Shown: positions 1-13,001, counted from the first letter of the whole stretch. The stretch: DNA of 62,104 bases, filler included, from Circinaria calcarea (GCA_051942165.1; 7 parts of 7 records of this genome joined end to end with filler, not necessarily neighbours in it); one strand, 5' to 3'. The notes: generated from the letters alone by a model not told the origin. Translations and numbers: made by a program.

Positions 1-1
1 C

Positions 2-460
2 CCTTCCTCCTTTACCGCCGCCCTCCCACACATCGCCCCCCTCGACACCTCCGCTCTCCTCTCCCGCCTCGAAAGCACCGTCGCGCGCCTCAAAGCCGAA
101 GACGCGCGCCGGGGAAAAGGGGTCAGTAGCGGAGCGCAAGAGATCTTCAATGCGATCAGTCGGACGCTGCAGACGAGGTGGGAAGGCACGAGCATTGTGG
201 TCATGGATACAGTGGTGATTTCGGCCCCGTACCGGCCGGAGGATTGCAAGGCCGGGGCCGGAGCGGCGGTGGGAGCGTTGGCGCGGGTGAAGAAGATGGT
301 GAGTTTAAACTAAGAGGGAAGTTGAGGAACTAGGAAAGAGAGGCGACTGACTTTGAACTCGTAGCTGGAGATGGAAAGGAAGAAACTGGCGGATAAGGCT
401 GGTAACAAGCCTGCCGTGCCGGCCGTGGTACCTACGAGTGGACCCAGGAAGGGAGGTTGA
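2..460 (+). CDS. LSM12: LSM12-like protein, C-terminal anticodon-binding (AD) domain; 5'-truncated, one intron 299-364
   Basis: Frame 2 reads ...ARLKAEDARRGKGVSSGAQEIFNAISRTLQTRWEGTSIVVMDTVVISAPYRPEDC...ALARVKKM, then a GTGAGT..CTGAC..TAG intron, then LEMERKK...PRKGG* (TGA 458-460). This fits the fungal Lsm12 AD-domain pattern. Confidence 0.8.
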
Positions 461-801
461 AGTTAGCGGCAGAAAGTAACCGAGGACCGGGACAATACAG
501 GAAGAAGCAGCATGGACGCTTTAATGGCCCGTGTATCTACAGGCATTGCGACATAGGGAGCAAGCCAGATGTATCTAGTGGGACCTTTTACGGTGGGAGA
601 GTTTGAAACAGAGAAATCGAAAATGATAAACTCAATGTCCCTGCGTACTGTGGTAAAGTAATCAATGTGATCAGCTTCTAAGGCTCCTAATGAATCCCTT
701 GGTATCTCAACGCTTTAACCCCTATTTAAAACAACATCACGGGACGCGCCTATACTCCAGCGATGCAGAACTCCTTGATATACAACTCTGCAAGGTATAT
801 A

Positions 802-2594
802 CTACTCCTGATCCTCCGTTCTCTTGACCGGCGACCTCCTTAAGTTCCCATCCAGACTGGGATCCCTTGGTTCAGCACCGTTGGTACTCAAGGCCAAACT
901 CGGGCTCGCATCATTCGCAGCCAAGCTGCCAGTCCTAGACCTCTGATTTCCCATCTCCCGACTGTTTCTGCCCTCGCCCACCAGCATTGACTGCTCGTCA
1001 TCCGCATCCTCCTCTTTCAGTTTCTCCCTCGCGGCTCGTCTCATCTTCATGATCTTGATATAGTTGTACGCCCCGATACTAGCAATTGTGACCAGTAAGC
1101 CACTAACGTTGATGGGGGTAAGTGGGTCGTGAAACACGATCCCCGCGGCTGAGATGGTGACAACTTCTTTAAAAATGCCGCAGATACTGAGCGTCACCAC
1201 GGAGGTCCGCTTCAGCAGAGCGAATTCGGAAGACGTCATACAAAACGCCAAAACACCGGGAAACAGTAGTAGGAGGATTCCTTGGAATACGCCCTTCTCC
1301 TCGGTAAGCACGCCGAGGCCTTCCTTGAGCGGGCCGAACCCCTCGATAGGTATAGCGAGGATAGCTAAACTCAGGAACATGATCGGCGCAAGGAAGAAGA
1401 TGCTACTGAATGGGTTGCTAGTGGCAGGATTTCTCAAGAGAAGGATCTGCGTCAGAGCCCAGCGGAAACCAGAGAAGAATGCCGAAGAAATAATGAGGAC
1501 GAAACCAAGAGCGTTAAAATCGGTTTCACCGGCGACCATCATTATGACACCAATAGTCATAGTAGCGATAATGAGGATCAGCTTTATAGAAGGACTTTCG
1601 AGGCGGAAAACGAAGGCGAAGAGGAGGACGAAAGCTAGAGCGGAGGATTTGCACATAGCTGTCCATAATGATAAGTAATGATGGGGTCTTCATGGGTAAA
1701 CCTGAAGTAAGACATACTGAAGAAAGTAAGTGTGATGAACTTCAGACTCATGTTTCCTAGGCCAATATCTAGTCCAGTAGCTGCACCGCAAGGACCTATC
1801 CGAGTAAAATAGTAACCAGCGCTCATAAGGGGCTTTTTCGGTTCTGAGGAATCTTTACTGATGGTGGTTTGCGCAAGGTCGTGGGGATTAGATATGCTAT
1901 CGGATCGAGGCCGGAAACGTGGTATCATATAAAGAACGATACAAGCTAAAGAGAACTGCACGAGCATGTGCATACATGTCGTAAAAAGGGGAAAATGGAA
2001 GTCCAGGTGGTCGGGTGAGAACATCCACTTGTTGTACTGGGATCGACTTTAGTAACGGGCGAGGAGCTTATGCTGATAAACTTACAATAGATATCGAGAG
2101 AGAGAAGAGATACCTAAATAACAACCTCTTAGATACATACATACAGGGATTGCACAGGAAACCAACCATAACCCGATCAATAACGCGTTGACTGCGGAGC
2201 TTTTCAAGACGCTCATGTCAGCCAGTTTCCGGTCATGTTTTGATGTCTTGTTATCATGTGTCCCTTGCGCAACTCGCTCGTCAAGCGAAGTATTTTTCCT
2301 TTTCCTCCTCTTCCTTCTTGTTCTGTGCTGATTTGTAAGCCCGGTCTCTTCATCGTCTGTCAACTCAAAATCAGAGGCCATTTTGTCTAGTTCCATTTCT
2401 TCGCTCGTAGAATGCGCTGACTGGACGGAGAGTCGGCGACCTTCTGAAGTACCCAGGAGGGTTTCCTGTTCTTCCCCTTCAACGATCTTCTCTCCGCTCT
2501 TGTCATGTAGGTTGCGTGCTGGAAGGTCACCCGCTAGAGGTGTGGATAATCTGTCAGAGCTCCAGTGGTTTTGTTCTAAATCAGTAGCCTCCAT
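802..2594 (-). CDS. Triose-phosphate/nucleotide-sugar transporter family protein (SLC35C2/Ymd8-like), multi-exon
   Basis: Exon ORFs carry FHFPLFTTCMHMLVQF, TGLDIGLGNMSL, MCKSSALAFVLLFAF, SGFRWALTQILL and TLSICGIFKEV, with multiple TM segments and GT-AG introns. The ATG at 2594 is tentative. Confidence 0.88.
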
Positions 2595-3152
2595 CGATAC
2601 TGAAGGAATCACGCGTTGCCAGAGCCGAGTCTCCTGTTCGTGCTCTTTAGCGTGAATACCGTAGTCCCATAGCGAGAGGCCTGTCTCTGCATTAGGTGGT
2701 CAAATGGGGATTATACAGGCATCTTTGCTCAAGCAAGGAAATGCTTGTATATCCATGTTGGTTGGTGTCTGGCATTATCTTAGTGTACGGCCTCATCTGC
2801 TGATTGTTTGTCCATCTGGAGTTGTGACGCTAGGGCCATGTGAGAGTCGCCCTCGTCGAACTATCCAATCATAAAATAAGACTCGGGCGGCGCGGGATGA
2901 CCACCAACGCCGGAACCCCTGCAGATTTACGGTAGCGATGTTACAGTACACAGAGGTTTTAACTTTCGCGACATCTATGCATATCAGAGTCCATGTTCGT
3001 GGAGTACTCTTCGTGAGGGGATGCCATGTATGAGTCTTTGGGTTGTTTCTGAAACTCCTTCACATTCGAGCATCCAATTCCATCCACAGTACCGACAAGA
3101 GCGCTACCGTGTACCTCATACACCCCATCTCATTGTCATAATAGTCTTGGTC

Positions 3153-4996
3153 TTATGCTTGATAAGTCGACGCCGAAACATTGCCACCCCTTCCTGTCCA
3201 GTTTACATGAATATTGTGGCCTTCCGGATACTTCTCATTTGCGGCTTCAGGCTTGATCTTGAAAGTATGCGCGCCAAAGTAGTCTCTTTGTGCCTGTAGA
3301 AGGTTGGCTGGAAGGTCTTTTGTTCGGTATCCGTCAAAGAAGCTGAGCGCCGTGCTAAAGGCTGGCGTGGGGATTCCCCACAGAGCACCCTTACTGACAA
3401 CATCTCGCCAGCCTGGCTGCGCTTTGTGGATGGCCTTGTTGAAGAAGTCGTCGAACAGCAGATTCTCAAGATCAGGGTTGTTGCGATACGCGGATGTGAT
3501 ATCTTTCAGGAAGACAGACCGGATGATACATCCTCCACGCCACATGAGTGCAATTGATGGTTTGTTAAGTTTCCATCCATACTCTTTTGCAGCCTACAAC
3601 CCCACGTCAGATCAGTGGATATCAAGAAGGTTAGCCAACAGGCCTTACATTTTGGATGAGCATAAAACCTTGCGCGTACGAGATGATCTTTGATGCATAC
3701 AGAGCTTGCTCCAGATTGTCCAAAAACTCTTGTTTGTCTCCCTCGAACTTCGCTGTGGGCCCGTCCAGCTTCTCGGAAGCACGTGTTCGTTCCTCCTTCA
3801 GCGAACTCAAACATCGGGCGAAGACCGCTTCTCCAATAAGAGTCACAGGCATACCGAGGTCCAATGCATTGATTGCCGTCCACTTGCCAGTACCCTTCTG
3901 ACCAGCAGAATCAAGGATTTTCTCAACCAATGGCTTTCCGTCGTCGTCATTAAACCGGAGGACATCACGAGTAATCTCGATCAAGAAAGAGTCAAGAACA
4001 CCCCTATTCCACTTGTCGAACACGTCGCCCATTTCTTTCGGGGTAAGACCCAAACCACGCTTCATAATGTCGTATGCCTGGCACAGAAATCAGCTCCTAG
4101 CGATACCACGGCGAAAGGCCATCTAGGATTGCTTGAGTACTCATACTTCGCAGATCAGTTGCATATCACCATATTCAATGCCGTTGTGGACCATTTTCAC
4201 GTAATGGCCAGCGCCTCCGTCACCAACCCAATCGCAGCATGGCTCGCCATCAGATTTGGCGGCTATTGACTGGAAAATATCTTTGATGAATGGCCAAGCC
4301 TCTTCATTGCCTCCAGGCATAAGACTAGGTCCATAGCGAGCACCCTCTTCCCCGCCTGAGACGCCCGTGCCGACGAACCGGATCCCCTTCTCAGCCAGTG
4401 CCTTCGTTCGACGGTTTGTATCGGGGAAATGGGAATTGCCACCATCAATAATGATGTCCCCCTTTTCACAGTGTTGTAAGAGACTGTCAATAAAATCGTC
4501 GACTGGCTTTCCTGCCATGACGAGCATCATCATACGGCGAGGCTTCTTCAACCTCAACACAAATTCCTCGACAGAGTGAGCGCCGGATATGGGCATTCCT
4601 ATTTCGCTCAAAGATCAGAATGGCTAGCTTTTACTGAGTTGGATTGAACTATACCCTTGGCTTCATTCTCCAGAAAGTGATCAACCTTTGACACCGTTCG
4701 GTTGTAAGCCAGGACGGTGAACTTGTGGTCTGCAGCGTTCATGATCAGGTTCTGGCCCATGACGGCCAGGCCGATAAGGCCGAAATCATAGCTAGCGATA
4801 TTTATACATTAGCATTCCCAGTACTATAGTCTGTTGGAGAAATACAAGGATATGAGGGAAACCCAGAGGTACTCTTGCGGTAGTTCTCTGAGCTCAAAAG
4901 ATACTGTACGAGACTTGGGGAGCTTTCGATATTGATAGTGGGGCAGTGATGCATTGCTAAACAAAACATATTCACTTACAGCTCCACGTCAGCCAT
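3153..4996 (-). CDS. GND1: 6-phosphogluconate dehydrogenase, decarboxylating; multi-exon
   Basis: Spliced N-terminus [21 protein letters not shown]; motifs [72 protein letters not shown]. Confidence 0.97.
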
Positions 4997-5502
4997 ATTG
5001 CTTGATGGAGGGTATCCTCTTGTGCTTAGAATATTGATATGAAAAAGTCCTTCGAAGCTTGCAATGGCAATAGCAATGAGAAGGTCGTGGTGGGGATGGT
5101 TACATGGACGTAGCGCACAGTTTTATCGGATGGTGGGGTTTATCCCGCATTTTCGAATAGGTAAGGCTCAGTCATCATCGGCTCGATAATTCCGACCAAA
5201 CCCGAATCAGCCATAGTCAGCAGCCTTATGGCACCGGCGATATCACTCGGTATACTTTCTACGGGGCTCGATACTTCACATTCACAACCGGAGAGGGCCA
5301 TACAGTGAATACTTTCCCGCGGCGGCACAAATCCAAGGCTTACTTACCTTATTCATTTCCTAGACAGCTTGCATCTGCATGACATAAGGCGACTATACCT
5401 GCTTGATAAGGGTGAATTTTATGCGCTCAAAAACATCTTCGCCGTGAGGCGATAGGTACGTACTCTCATAGTACCCGAGGGCAGTTTGTACAGCGATTCA
5501 TC

Positions 5503-6786
5503 ATGTCCTATCCGCCACCTCCAGGTCTCAAACCACAACAAGCCCTATCGTCAACCTCGACCGCACAGCCACACGCATCGCTACCCCCTCGTCCTCCACC
5601 ACCAGCTGGCCCTCAGCCATCTTTTAAGCCAGCCTTCACGCCTACACCATCCTTTGTGTCTGGTGCTCCCGGTACAAGAAGCTATAATGGAAGTGATGGA
5701 GCTAGTCAAAAGGGAGGAGCCAACTATGGCGGCTTTGCCGCATTCCCTCCACGCGCCGTGGCTGCAAACAACCAAGCTTTTCGGACCCATAGTCCCGTAG
5801 TCTCTGCTCCTCCCGCCCCTCCTACTGGCTTCTCTGCACCGACTACGTATGCTAATGGCGCTTTCCAACCCCAACCAGCATATCAACAACCTCCTACGCC
5901 ATCATACCACCAGCCCTCAACACCGGCTTACTACCACCAGCAGGCTGCTGAAGAACCATTTGCTCAGCCTACTCCGCCCCAAATACGCAACCCCTTCCCT
6001 CTTCCAGGGCAAGAACCGACGGGCTTTGGGCGGGGTAGAGGAGCAGGAGCTGGCCCCAATGGTGTCGATCCCGAATTCGAAGCCCAATTAGCCCAATGGC
6101 AAAGTGCTTATGCTGGTAAAGATGAGTCGGCTAGCCGAAGTTCAGGGCGTCCTTCTAATCGGTTCGGTACTGGAGGTGAAGGGCCTGGCTCAGCAACTGG
6201 CGCAAATTCCGGGCCGTTAGGGGGTAGGCCAGATGTTGCAGCACCAGCCATGAGCAATGCGGACATGAATTCAGCCGCCAATGCCGATACTGGCGTCGCT
6301 GCTGTAATCACGGGCGCGGATGGTAAGAAGAAGACAGTGGTGAGAAGTGGAGGAGGGCAGACGTGGCAGGATCCTTCGTTATTAGAGTGGGATCCTGCCC
6401 ACTTCCGGCTCTTTGTAGGTAACCTTGCGGGCGAAGTCACCGACGAATCTTTGTTGAAAGCGTTTTCAAAATTTCCGTCGGTACAGAAAGCCCGTGTGGT
6501 GCGAGATAAGCGAACGACGAAAAGCAAAGGGTTTGGCTTTGTGAGCTTCAGCGATGGAGAAGAGTACTTTTTGGCAGCAAGAGACATGCAGGGCAAGTAC
6601 ATCGGTAGCCATCCAGTCCTGCTAAGGAAGAGCACGACGGAAATTCGACCTACTGTCCCGAAGGATAAGAAGGGAAAAGGTGGGAAAGGGGGCAAAGGTG
6701 GAAACCATGGTGATGGTAGTAAGACAGGTGCTGGGGTACAGAAGAAGCAGAGCAAGACCAAAGGTGGAATGAAGATATTGGGTTAG
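5503..6786 (+). CDS. RRM RNA-binding protein (RBM42-like) with Pro-rich N-terminus
   Basis: 427-aa ORF; WQDPSLLEWDPAHFRLFVGNL (RNP2), KSKGFGFVSF (RNP1), MQGKYIGSHPVLLRKS. Confidence 0.9.
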   Translation: MSYPPPPGLKPQQALSSTSTAQPHASLPPRPPPPAGPQPSFKPAFTPTPSFVSGAPGTRSYNGSDGASQKGGANYGGFAAFPPRAVAANNQAFRTHSPVVSAPPAPPTGFSAPTTYANGAFQPQPAYQQPPTPSYHQPSTPAYYHQQAAEEPFAQPTPPQIRNPFPLPGQEPTGFGRGRGAGAGPNGVDPEFEAQLAQWQSAYAGKDESASRSSGRPSNRFGTGGEGPGSATGANSGPLGGRPDVAAPAMSNADMNSAANADTGVAAVITGADGKKKTVVRSGGGQTWQDPSLLEWDPAHFRLFVGNLAGEVTDESLLKAFSKFPSVQKARVVRDKRTTKSKGFGFVSFSDGEEYFLAARDMQGKYIGSHPVLLRKSTTEIRPTVPKDKKGKGGKGGKGGNHGDGSKTGAGVQKKQSKTKGGMKILG

Positions 6787-7374
6787 GCTACTCGCGGTTC
6801 GAGCATAATCGCAGTGGGGAAGTGGTGTTTAGTAACCGTCAAAGGGTTTTATGGCAGATTCAAAGGTGCGCTCTATAGTTGATGCACCACCTGGCTCACC
6901 GTGTGATTTGCAAGTCCAATATCTTGACTTTTCAAAGCTCCTTTACGATGTGCAGCAACGTAATGCAGACCCGTCACCCTCACTCGAGCTCACACGCTTT
7001 GACAGCGGAGACCACAAGTCAGTAAAAGTCAAAATCCGCACGAGCATTGCTAAAGTTTATGAACACCCACTAATTAGAACTCAACCATAGATCTTGATCT
7101 AGGACATGACTTCAGTCATAGCAACAGTGCAAACTCAAAGCTCAGCCGTGCAGGAAGTAGATATAATTCTCGCAACTCATCTTTGCATTCTCCCTATGCT
7201 ATACACGCCATGCGTATGGTTTAAGATCCTCTTGTCCCTTCACAAGTTGCTAGCAGATCTCTTGAAAGACGATACGGTCCCTCATACTTTCTTGTTGACC
7301 CAAATGGGACAGTTTCTTCCTTCTCAGCCAAAGAACGCTCTGTCTAGTTAGGTCTTTGCAACCATCGCTACAAA

Positions 7375-8804
7375 ATGGATGCAACCGACGCTGTCCCTAT
7401 GGAGATTGGTCGATGGGGCGAACGCCTACGCTACATTTGCACACTCGGCCTCTTTGGCTGTGCTGTTATCCTCGGTGTTCTCGTCGCAGGCGGCTTTCAC
7501 ACACCTGAACAAAGCTTTGCTGCCGCGCTGTACACACTTGTATTGGTTACGGGAGAGAGCACAAGTGTCAAGGACCTGCCCTTTAATAGCACACGGATCA
7601 TAGGTGATGAGGCAATGCAAGCGCTGCTTTGGGTACTGCCCGACGTCAAACCAGCAAAGATCGTATGTGCACCCCCAATGAACATGATCGTACCTTTACT
7701 TATACACTCATAGGTTTCCCCTCGTTCTTCGATATTAGACGGATGCTATGCAGTCTCTACCTTCTTTTTCACTCTCCCGTTATTCTATTTGGTTTGCAAC
7801 GGAGATCGCGGGACCGGGCCTTATAAGGATCGAAAATTTAGATACCTAGTAGCGAGCCTCCTAGGTGTTGTTGCTGGGGCACTTGTTTTCTCCTTGCCTT
7901 GGTCACACCTCTTTGGCGTTGAAGGCGTAACTGATCCGTATGCTTCCTTGGTGGACGATCAACTGGCTACAGTCTTCTTCTTTGGTACTTTAGGCGCTTC
8001 ACTCGGAGCACTCATCGGACAGGCATGGCCAGAGGATCGAGGTCCAGTACCTCGGTTGGGTTATGAGGACGAGGCCACACGCCTTGGCGGTATTGTCACT
8101 TTATTAACATCTACCGCGCTTCTATTTCTTGTCATCATGGGTTTTGGGACCAGTCGAAGCCAGAGGGCTGCAGCGGCCCTGGTTGAAATGCGATGTCTGG
8201 TTGGAAGCGAGAGTTATCCTGGACCAGTTGCGCTGAACTATACCGGGAACTTTCTTGACATGGAAGCATTCAAGATCATCGAGAATGACGTCCTACCGAG
8301 CCTACCTAAACACGTTAGTGTAAGCACAAGAGGATCGGTCCTGTTTGGATCCTAAGCATGCTGACAGAGGACAGGCTAGGGGAAGCTCAACTCCATTTGT
8401 TATGTTTGTGGTTGCGCTTAGCATTGCTATTCTCGGCGCAATACTCCTGGCCAGCACCGTGCCCAACAAACATAGAGTAAGCCGTACATCGAGCCGCACC
8501 GTTCCCAATGGGTACAGCTGGCGAAGGGCGTGCTGTGCCTTTGGATTCTTTTTTGGACTCTCAGCCGCACTTTTCGTCTTCCTATCAATTCCAACCAGTA
8601 ATGAGCCCATGACTGCATTTCTATTCATCAGTCTGACGGCATTCTGCACGCTCATCGGCAGCGCCTGCCCAGAAAGGAGAGGATCGGACCTTCGCCGCCC
8701 CTCCACCGACGTGGAAGCTCGCCCGACCAATCCTTCCACCAACAGATCGAGACGTGGCCCTCGTGATGACATTGAGCTTCATAGAGTCAGTCGCCCTGCC
8801 GAAG
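7375..8804 (+). CDS. Hypothetical multi-pass membrane protein with internal duplication; 2 introns; runs into contig end
   Basis: ORFs 7375, 7789 and 8345 join in frame through GT-AG introns (about 7662-7713 and about 8314-8374); hydrophobic segments; no recognised family. Confidence 0.6.
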
Positions 8805-8904
8805 NNNNNNNNNNNNNNNNNNNNNNNNNNNNNNNNNNNNNNNNNNNNTTAATTAATTAANNNNNNNNNNNNNNNNNNNNNNNNNNNNNNNNNNNNNNNN
8901 NNNN
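8805..8904. other. Artificial contig linker (N44-TTAATTAATTAA-N44)
   Basis: 100-bp N-run with a six-frame stop core; an identical unit occurs six times in the window. Confidence 0.99.
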
Positions 8905-9710
8905 CCTTACAAAACCGGCTGGGCTTCTTCTTCTTCTTCTTCTTTTCCCCTAGAGCACTTGAGAACTTTGAGTTAGGTTGGTTCGGTTCGGAATGGCGCT
9001 GGCAACGGGACGGAGGGGGGTTTTTCTCTTTCACGGGACGATATGAGATGAGATGAGATGATAACATGCGAGATATGCAAGCCTCATACGGGTTTTTCTG
9101 ATTGAAGGGAAAAGGCGTGAAGCGTGTTTAACATGGGATGGGAAAATACCATCTACCTTTTTCCCTTTTTCCGTTTTCCTTTTTCTTGTTCTAGCAATGG
9201 GAAATCCTTAAGATGGGCTTCTCTTATCTTATCTTAACAAAGGGCGCCGGGGGGGGGAAGGGAGGGCGGCTGTTTTTTTTTGTTTGTTTTTTGGGAAGCT
9301 GGGGGGCACGTGACCCATGGACTTTAAAACGGCTTTGGTGGCTTTGGGCTTTTATCTTTTATCTTTTTCGCATTAGCATTAGCTCTAGGACGGGTTGGGT
9401 AGGATGGGTTAGGATGGATTAGGATGGGGAAGAAAGAAAGAAGAAGGAGAAGAAGAAGAAGAAGAAGAGATGGTGATGGTGATGGTGATGGTGATGATGT
9501 ACATGGTACGTGTACATGGTACGTGTACATGGTACATAGTAGACAAATGACCCATTTGCTAGGGGGGGATTTTTCAATTAGTATTACCTTGTTTAGCTTG
9601 TTAAGCTTGTTTTAATACCCCCGTATCATGATTTGATGCCCTTACCTTACCTTACCTTAGGGGTTTCTTTCTTTCTTACTGGCGAGGACGAGGACGAGGA
9701 CGAGGCGAGG
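8905..9710. repeat. Microsatellite/low-complexity tract
   Basis: (TTC)n ~8924, (ATGAG)n ~9041, (GAA)n ~9438-9468, (GATGGT)n ~9469-9497, near-triple GTACATGGTACGT ~9499-9537, (GACGAG)n ~9683-9705. Confidence 0.85.
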
Positions 9711-9910
9711 CACATGTTTCCTTGGTGGTACGTTTATTTAAATGCTTTGCTAAGTTTTGAATTTCGGGGAGATTTATACGTAAGTTTACATGCACTAGCA
9801 ACTTCACTAGCAACTTTACTAGCGTTTTCCTATCCATTCCGTCAAACTCGGATATATTACGGTAAAGATTTTGGACAAATGTATATACCACACCACACTT
9901 CACCCGTCAG

Positions 9911-11808
9911 TCATCTCACCACCACCCTTCCTTCTTCCCTCCCACGTCCCAAATCAACCTTCTTGTACTGAATCTCCCACTTCACCTCCTCCTCCCAGTC
10001 CGCGGCTACGAACCCCAGCGTCGGCAGAGCGAGGACTCGGCCCCTCCCCGTCCCTGCTCCTTCTCCATCCTCGAGAAGAGCAATGGCAGGCAATGTCCAT
10101 CTCACTTTCCCTGGTGCCGCCTCTTTGAGGAGTTTGATGAGTGCGAGCCGGCGAGCGGGAGAGAGCGAGAGCCGAAAGGGCTCGAGATCAGAAGGTTGGA
10201 GGGGGCGGATGAGGAGGTTGTGCGTGTGAGGGTGGACAGTAGGGTTGAGAAGACGGATCCAGTATCGGCCGTCCCAAAGGTGGAAGGTGCCTAGATGGGT
10301 GGGAGAGGGACTTGTTGGAGGAATGTGGATGGTTGGGAGGGTGCTAGAGGCAAAGTACGGTTGCCGGGTTAGCTCCCAGATATAGCTGGGATCCAGGTGG
10401 GACCAGGTCTGGGGAGAACTTGCTATGGCTGATTCAAGGCGGCGGAACTGGACGCCGCAGGCGGTAAAGCTTGCTGGCAGAACTGAATCGGCTTGGATGG
10501 ATGCGGAGTCGCCATCATGATAGGAGGGACCTTTGAGATCGGGAAAGATAGTTTGGGCGACGGATTTCAGTTTCTGCATGGATACGATTTCCTGGGGTGA
10601 GATGAGCTCTGTAAGCTTGCGAAGGAGGAGGCCGGCCTCATTCTGGCCTCGGATGAGATGTCTATCTCGGTGCATATCTGGGAACGGCTTGCTTGATATC
10701 ATCTGCACTGGAAGTCGCACGAGGAGTCTGCCAGAACGAAGGTCGAAAGCAATTATATCGCAATTCTGGAAAAGCCTGTTGGCAGCCGTTTCAAGCTCTT
10801 TCAGTTTCTCCTGGGTATGCTGGGCGAGTGACAGAAGTGACGGCTTTCGGAGTAAAAGGGGTAGCCTGTTAGAGGACAAGAGGTAACGAACAGCATTGCG
10901 GGGGGTGATGGTGGGATCATAATTGGTCTCGTCCTCAACCCATTGGGTACCCATGGCGGAACATGTCATCTTCAATCTGCTCTTAGGAAAATGGAGCAGA
11001 GGCCTGTGAATTGTGATCCCGCCATCGGCCAAACCCACCATGCAACTTTCGTTTCCTGCTATAGCGGAGTCTGTTTGCTGCTGACCTGACTTCTTCTTCG
11101 TAACAGGGATACTGGTCCCACTTTGGCTCACTCCGTACATTCCCCAACACTCTGGGATCTCGGCTGTTGCTTTCATGCCTTGCAATCCTATGCCCCTGTG
11201 CCCATTTGCAAGCCGTAGGAGGACAGTTTCAGCTTGGTCATCCTCGTGGTGAGCAACGAGCAAATACTGAATGCGGCGATTCCGACATGCTCTTCCAATC
11301 GCTTGATATCGTAGTCGCCGAGCCTCAGATTCGAAATTTGGAAGAGTCGATGGCTGCAATCCAGACGGCCATTGTAGAGTAATAATCGTAGGCTTTACTC
11401 CTACAGTGCGTGAGCCAAAGTCTATCTTCTGCTACGCGCCCCGTGCATACGTAGTAGTTTAAAGACTCTTGTTGACACCAGGTGCGCCTCTTCGCTGCTG
11501 CCATTCCGGGCTTTGTGATCGACTATGAAAGCCTCAAAGCTAAACTTGAACTGCGTCTTTAACCGTGTATCACATTGCAATCCTCGACATAGTGTCGCAA
11601 GGGCCATTGAATCCACTCCGCCGCTGAGTGCGAGTCCTAAGGATCCATCAGTATTGGACAGGATTCGTGGCTCTGCATATTTACCAAGCTGCTGCTGCCC
11701 CGAACCTGACTCGACCCCTCTTGCCTGCCATGATTTGAGTAGGGCATCATAAAACTCAGAGACAGAGATTTTGGTATAAAGGTTAAGGATCGAGGTCCTC
11801 AAGGTCAT
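9911..11808 (-). CDS. tilS: tRNA(Ile)-lysidine synthase (TilS)-like PP-loop ATPase, probably mitochondrial; 2 introns
   Basis: PP-loop LALSGGVDSMAL, VDH, ESEARRLRY, AHHEDDQAET, RPLL, WVEDETN, PRN motifs; introns GTAAAT..TAG and GTATGC..TAG join the ORFs. Confidence 0.88.
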
Positions 11809-12078
11809 TATGCCATGATTGGCAAAGTCCAATTAGATGTTGGTTGGCGACCTTAGACAATCTCAACTATGGCCTCATCAGAATAGGGCTGATAGATAAG
11901 TTCATAGGGCTGGAATATCGACCTTGACCACCAATTTCGGAAGGATGTCCCTTGAAATTTACTGCCCGTTACTGTTACTTTGGCCCAAACATGCGAAATG
12001 GGTCAATATAAGGGGACTGCTACGGTAATTGCCGAAAGATAGTGTAATTTCCTTCATTTTGGCATCGAGGCCCGAGTG

Positions 12079-13001
12079 ATGTCAGGTTCCTCATCGTCCT
12101 ATATCCAAAGCCCATTTGGCCGTGCTTTGTTGGTAACTGACCAAAACTTTCTTCAGTTTTCCTTCAACTAATTTGACCGCAGGCCGGGGCATTAGCAGGA
12201 ACGTCAGTTGATCTGTCTCTTTATCCCATTGATACCCTCAAGACCCGCCTACAGTCATCTCATGGCTTTCAAGCTTCCGGTGGGTTCCGTGGCATATACG
12301 CAGGTGTCGGGTCTGCTATTATCGGCTCGGCACCAGGCGCTGCTCTTTTCTTTGTGACGTACGAAACATCGAAATCATACCTGAGGGAAGGGCGAAAAGC
12401 CGGGGTGGGAAACTCCAACCAAATCAGCCAATGGACAGAGCCCGTGGAACATATGATTGCTGCCAGCGTCGGAGAAATCGCAGCATGTGCTGTGAGGGTA
12501 CCAACGGAGGTAGTCAAGCAAAGAGCACAGGCAATACAATACAAAAGCTCCATGGATGCATTAGGGGCGATCTTAGGGCAGAGGAGGGAGATTGGGCTAG
12601 GAGGAGTTTGGAAGGAGATGTACAGGGGATGGAGCATTACTGTAATGCGGGAGGTTCCCTTTACAATCATCCAATTTCCATTATGGGAGGGAATGAAAGA
12701 GTGGTGCCGGAGAACGCAGGGCCGCGAAGGTATATCGGCTACCGAGAGTGCAGTGTTTGGTAGTGTGGCAGGAGCAGTCGCCGCAGGGGTGACAACGCCA
12801 TTGGATGTGCTCAAGACGAGGATGATGCTATCAACGGAGAGACAAGGGGCCATGAAGCTACTTGGTCAGATTCTCAAGACTTCAGGACCTAAAGCATTCT
12901 TCGCTGGAATTGGCCCAAGGATTATATGGATCTCCGCCGGCGGTGCGATATTCCTTGGGAGTTATCAATGGGCATACAATGCATTGGGAACCATCACATA
13001 G
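12079..13001 (+). CDS. PET8: Mitochondrial S-adenosylmethionine carrier; intron 12133-12182
   Basis: AGALAGTSVDLSLYPIDTLKTRLQS, VRVPTEVVKQRAQ and TTPLDVLKTRMML (three PxD/ExxKxR carrier signatures); REVPFTIIQFPLWE. Confidence 0.92.

Noticed and set aside
1154..6761. Long antisense or overlapping ORFs (1154-1678, 3706-4269, 6108-6761; likewise 12269-12853 and 52179-52667)
   Set aside because: They are shadows of well-supported genes on the opposite strand and have no motifs of their own.
9213..9971. Short ORFs in the microsatellite tract
   Set aside because: They are translations of simple repeats (poly-R, DG, poly-L) with no coding signal.
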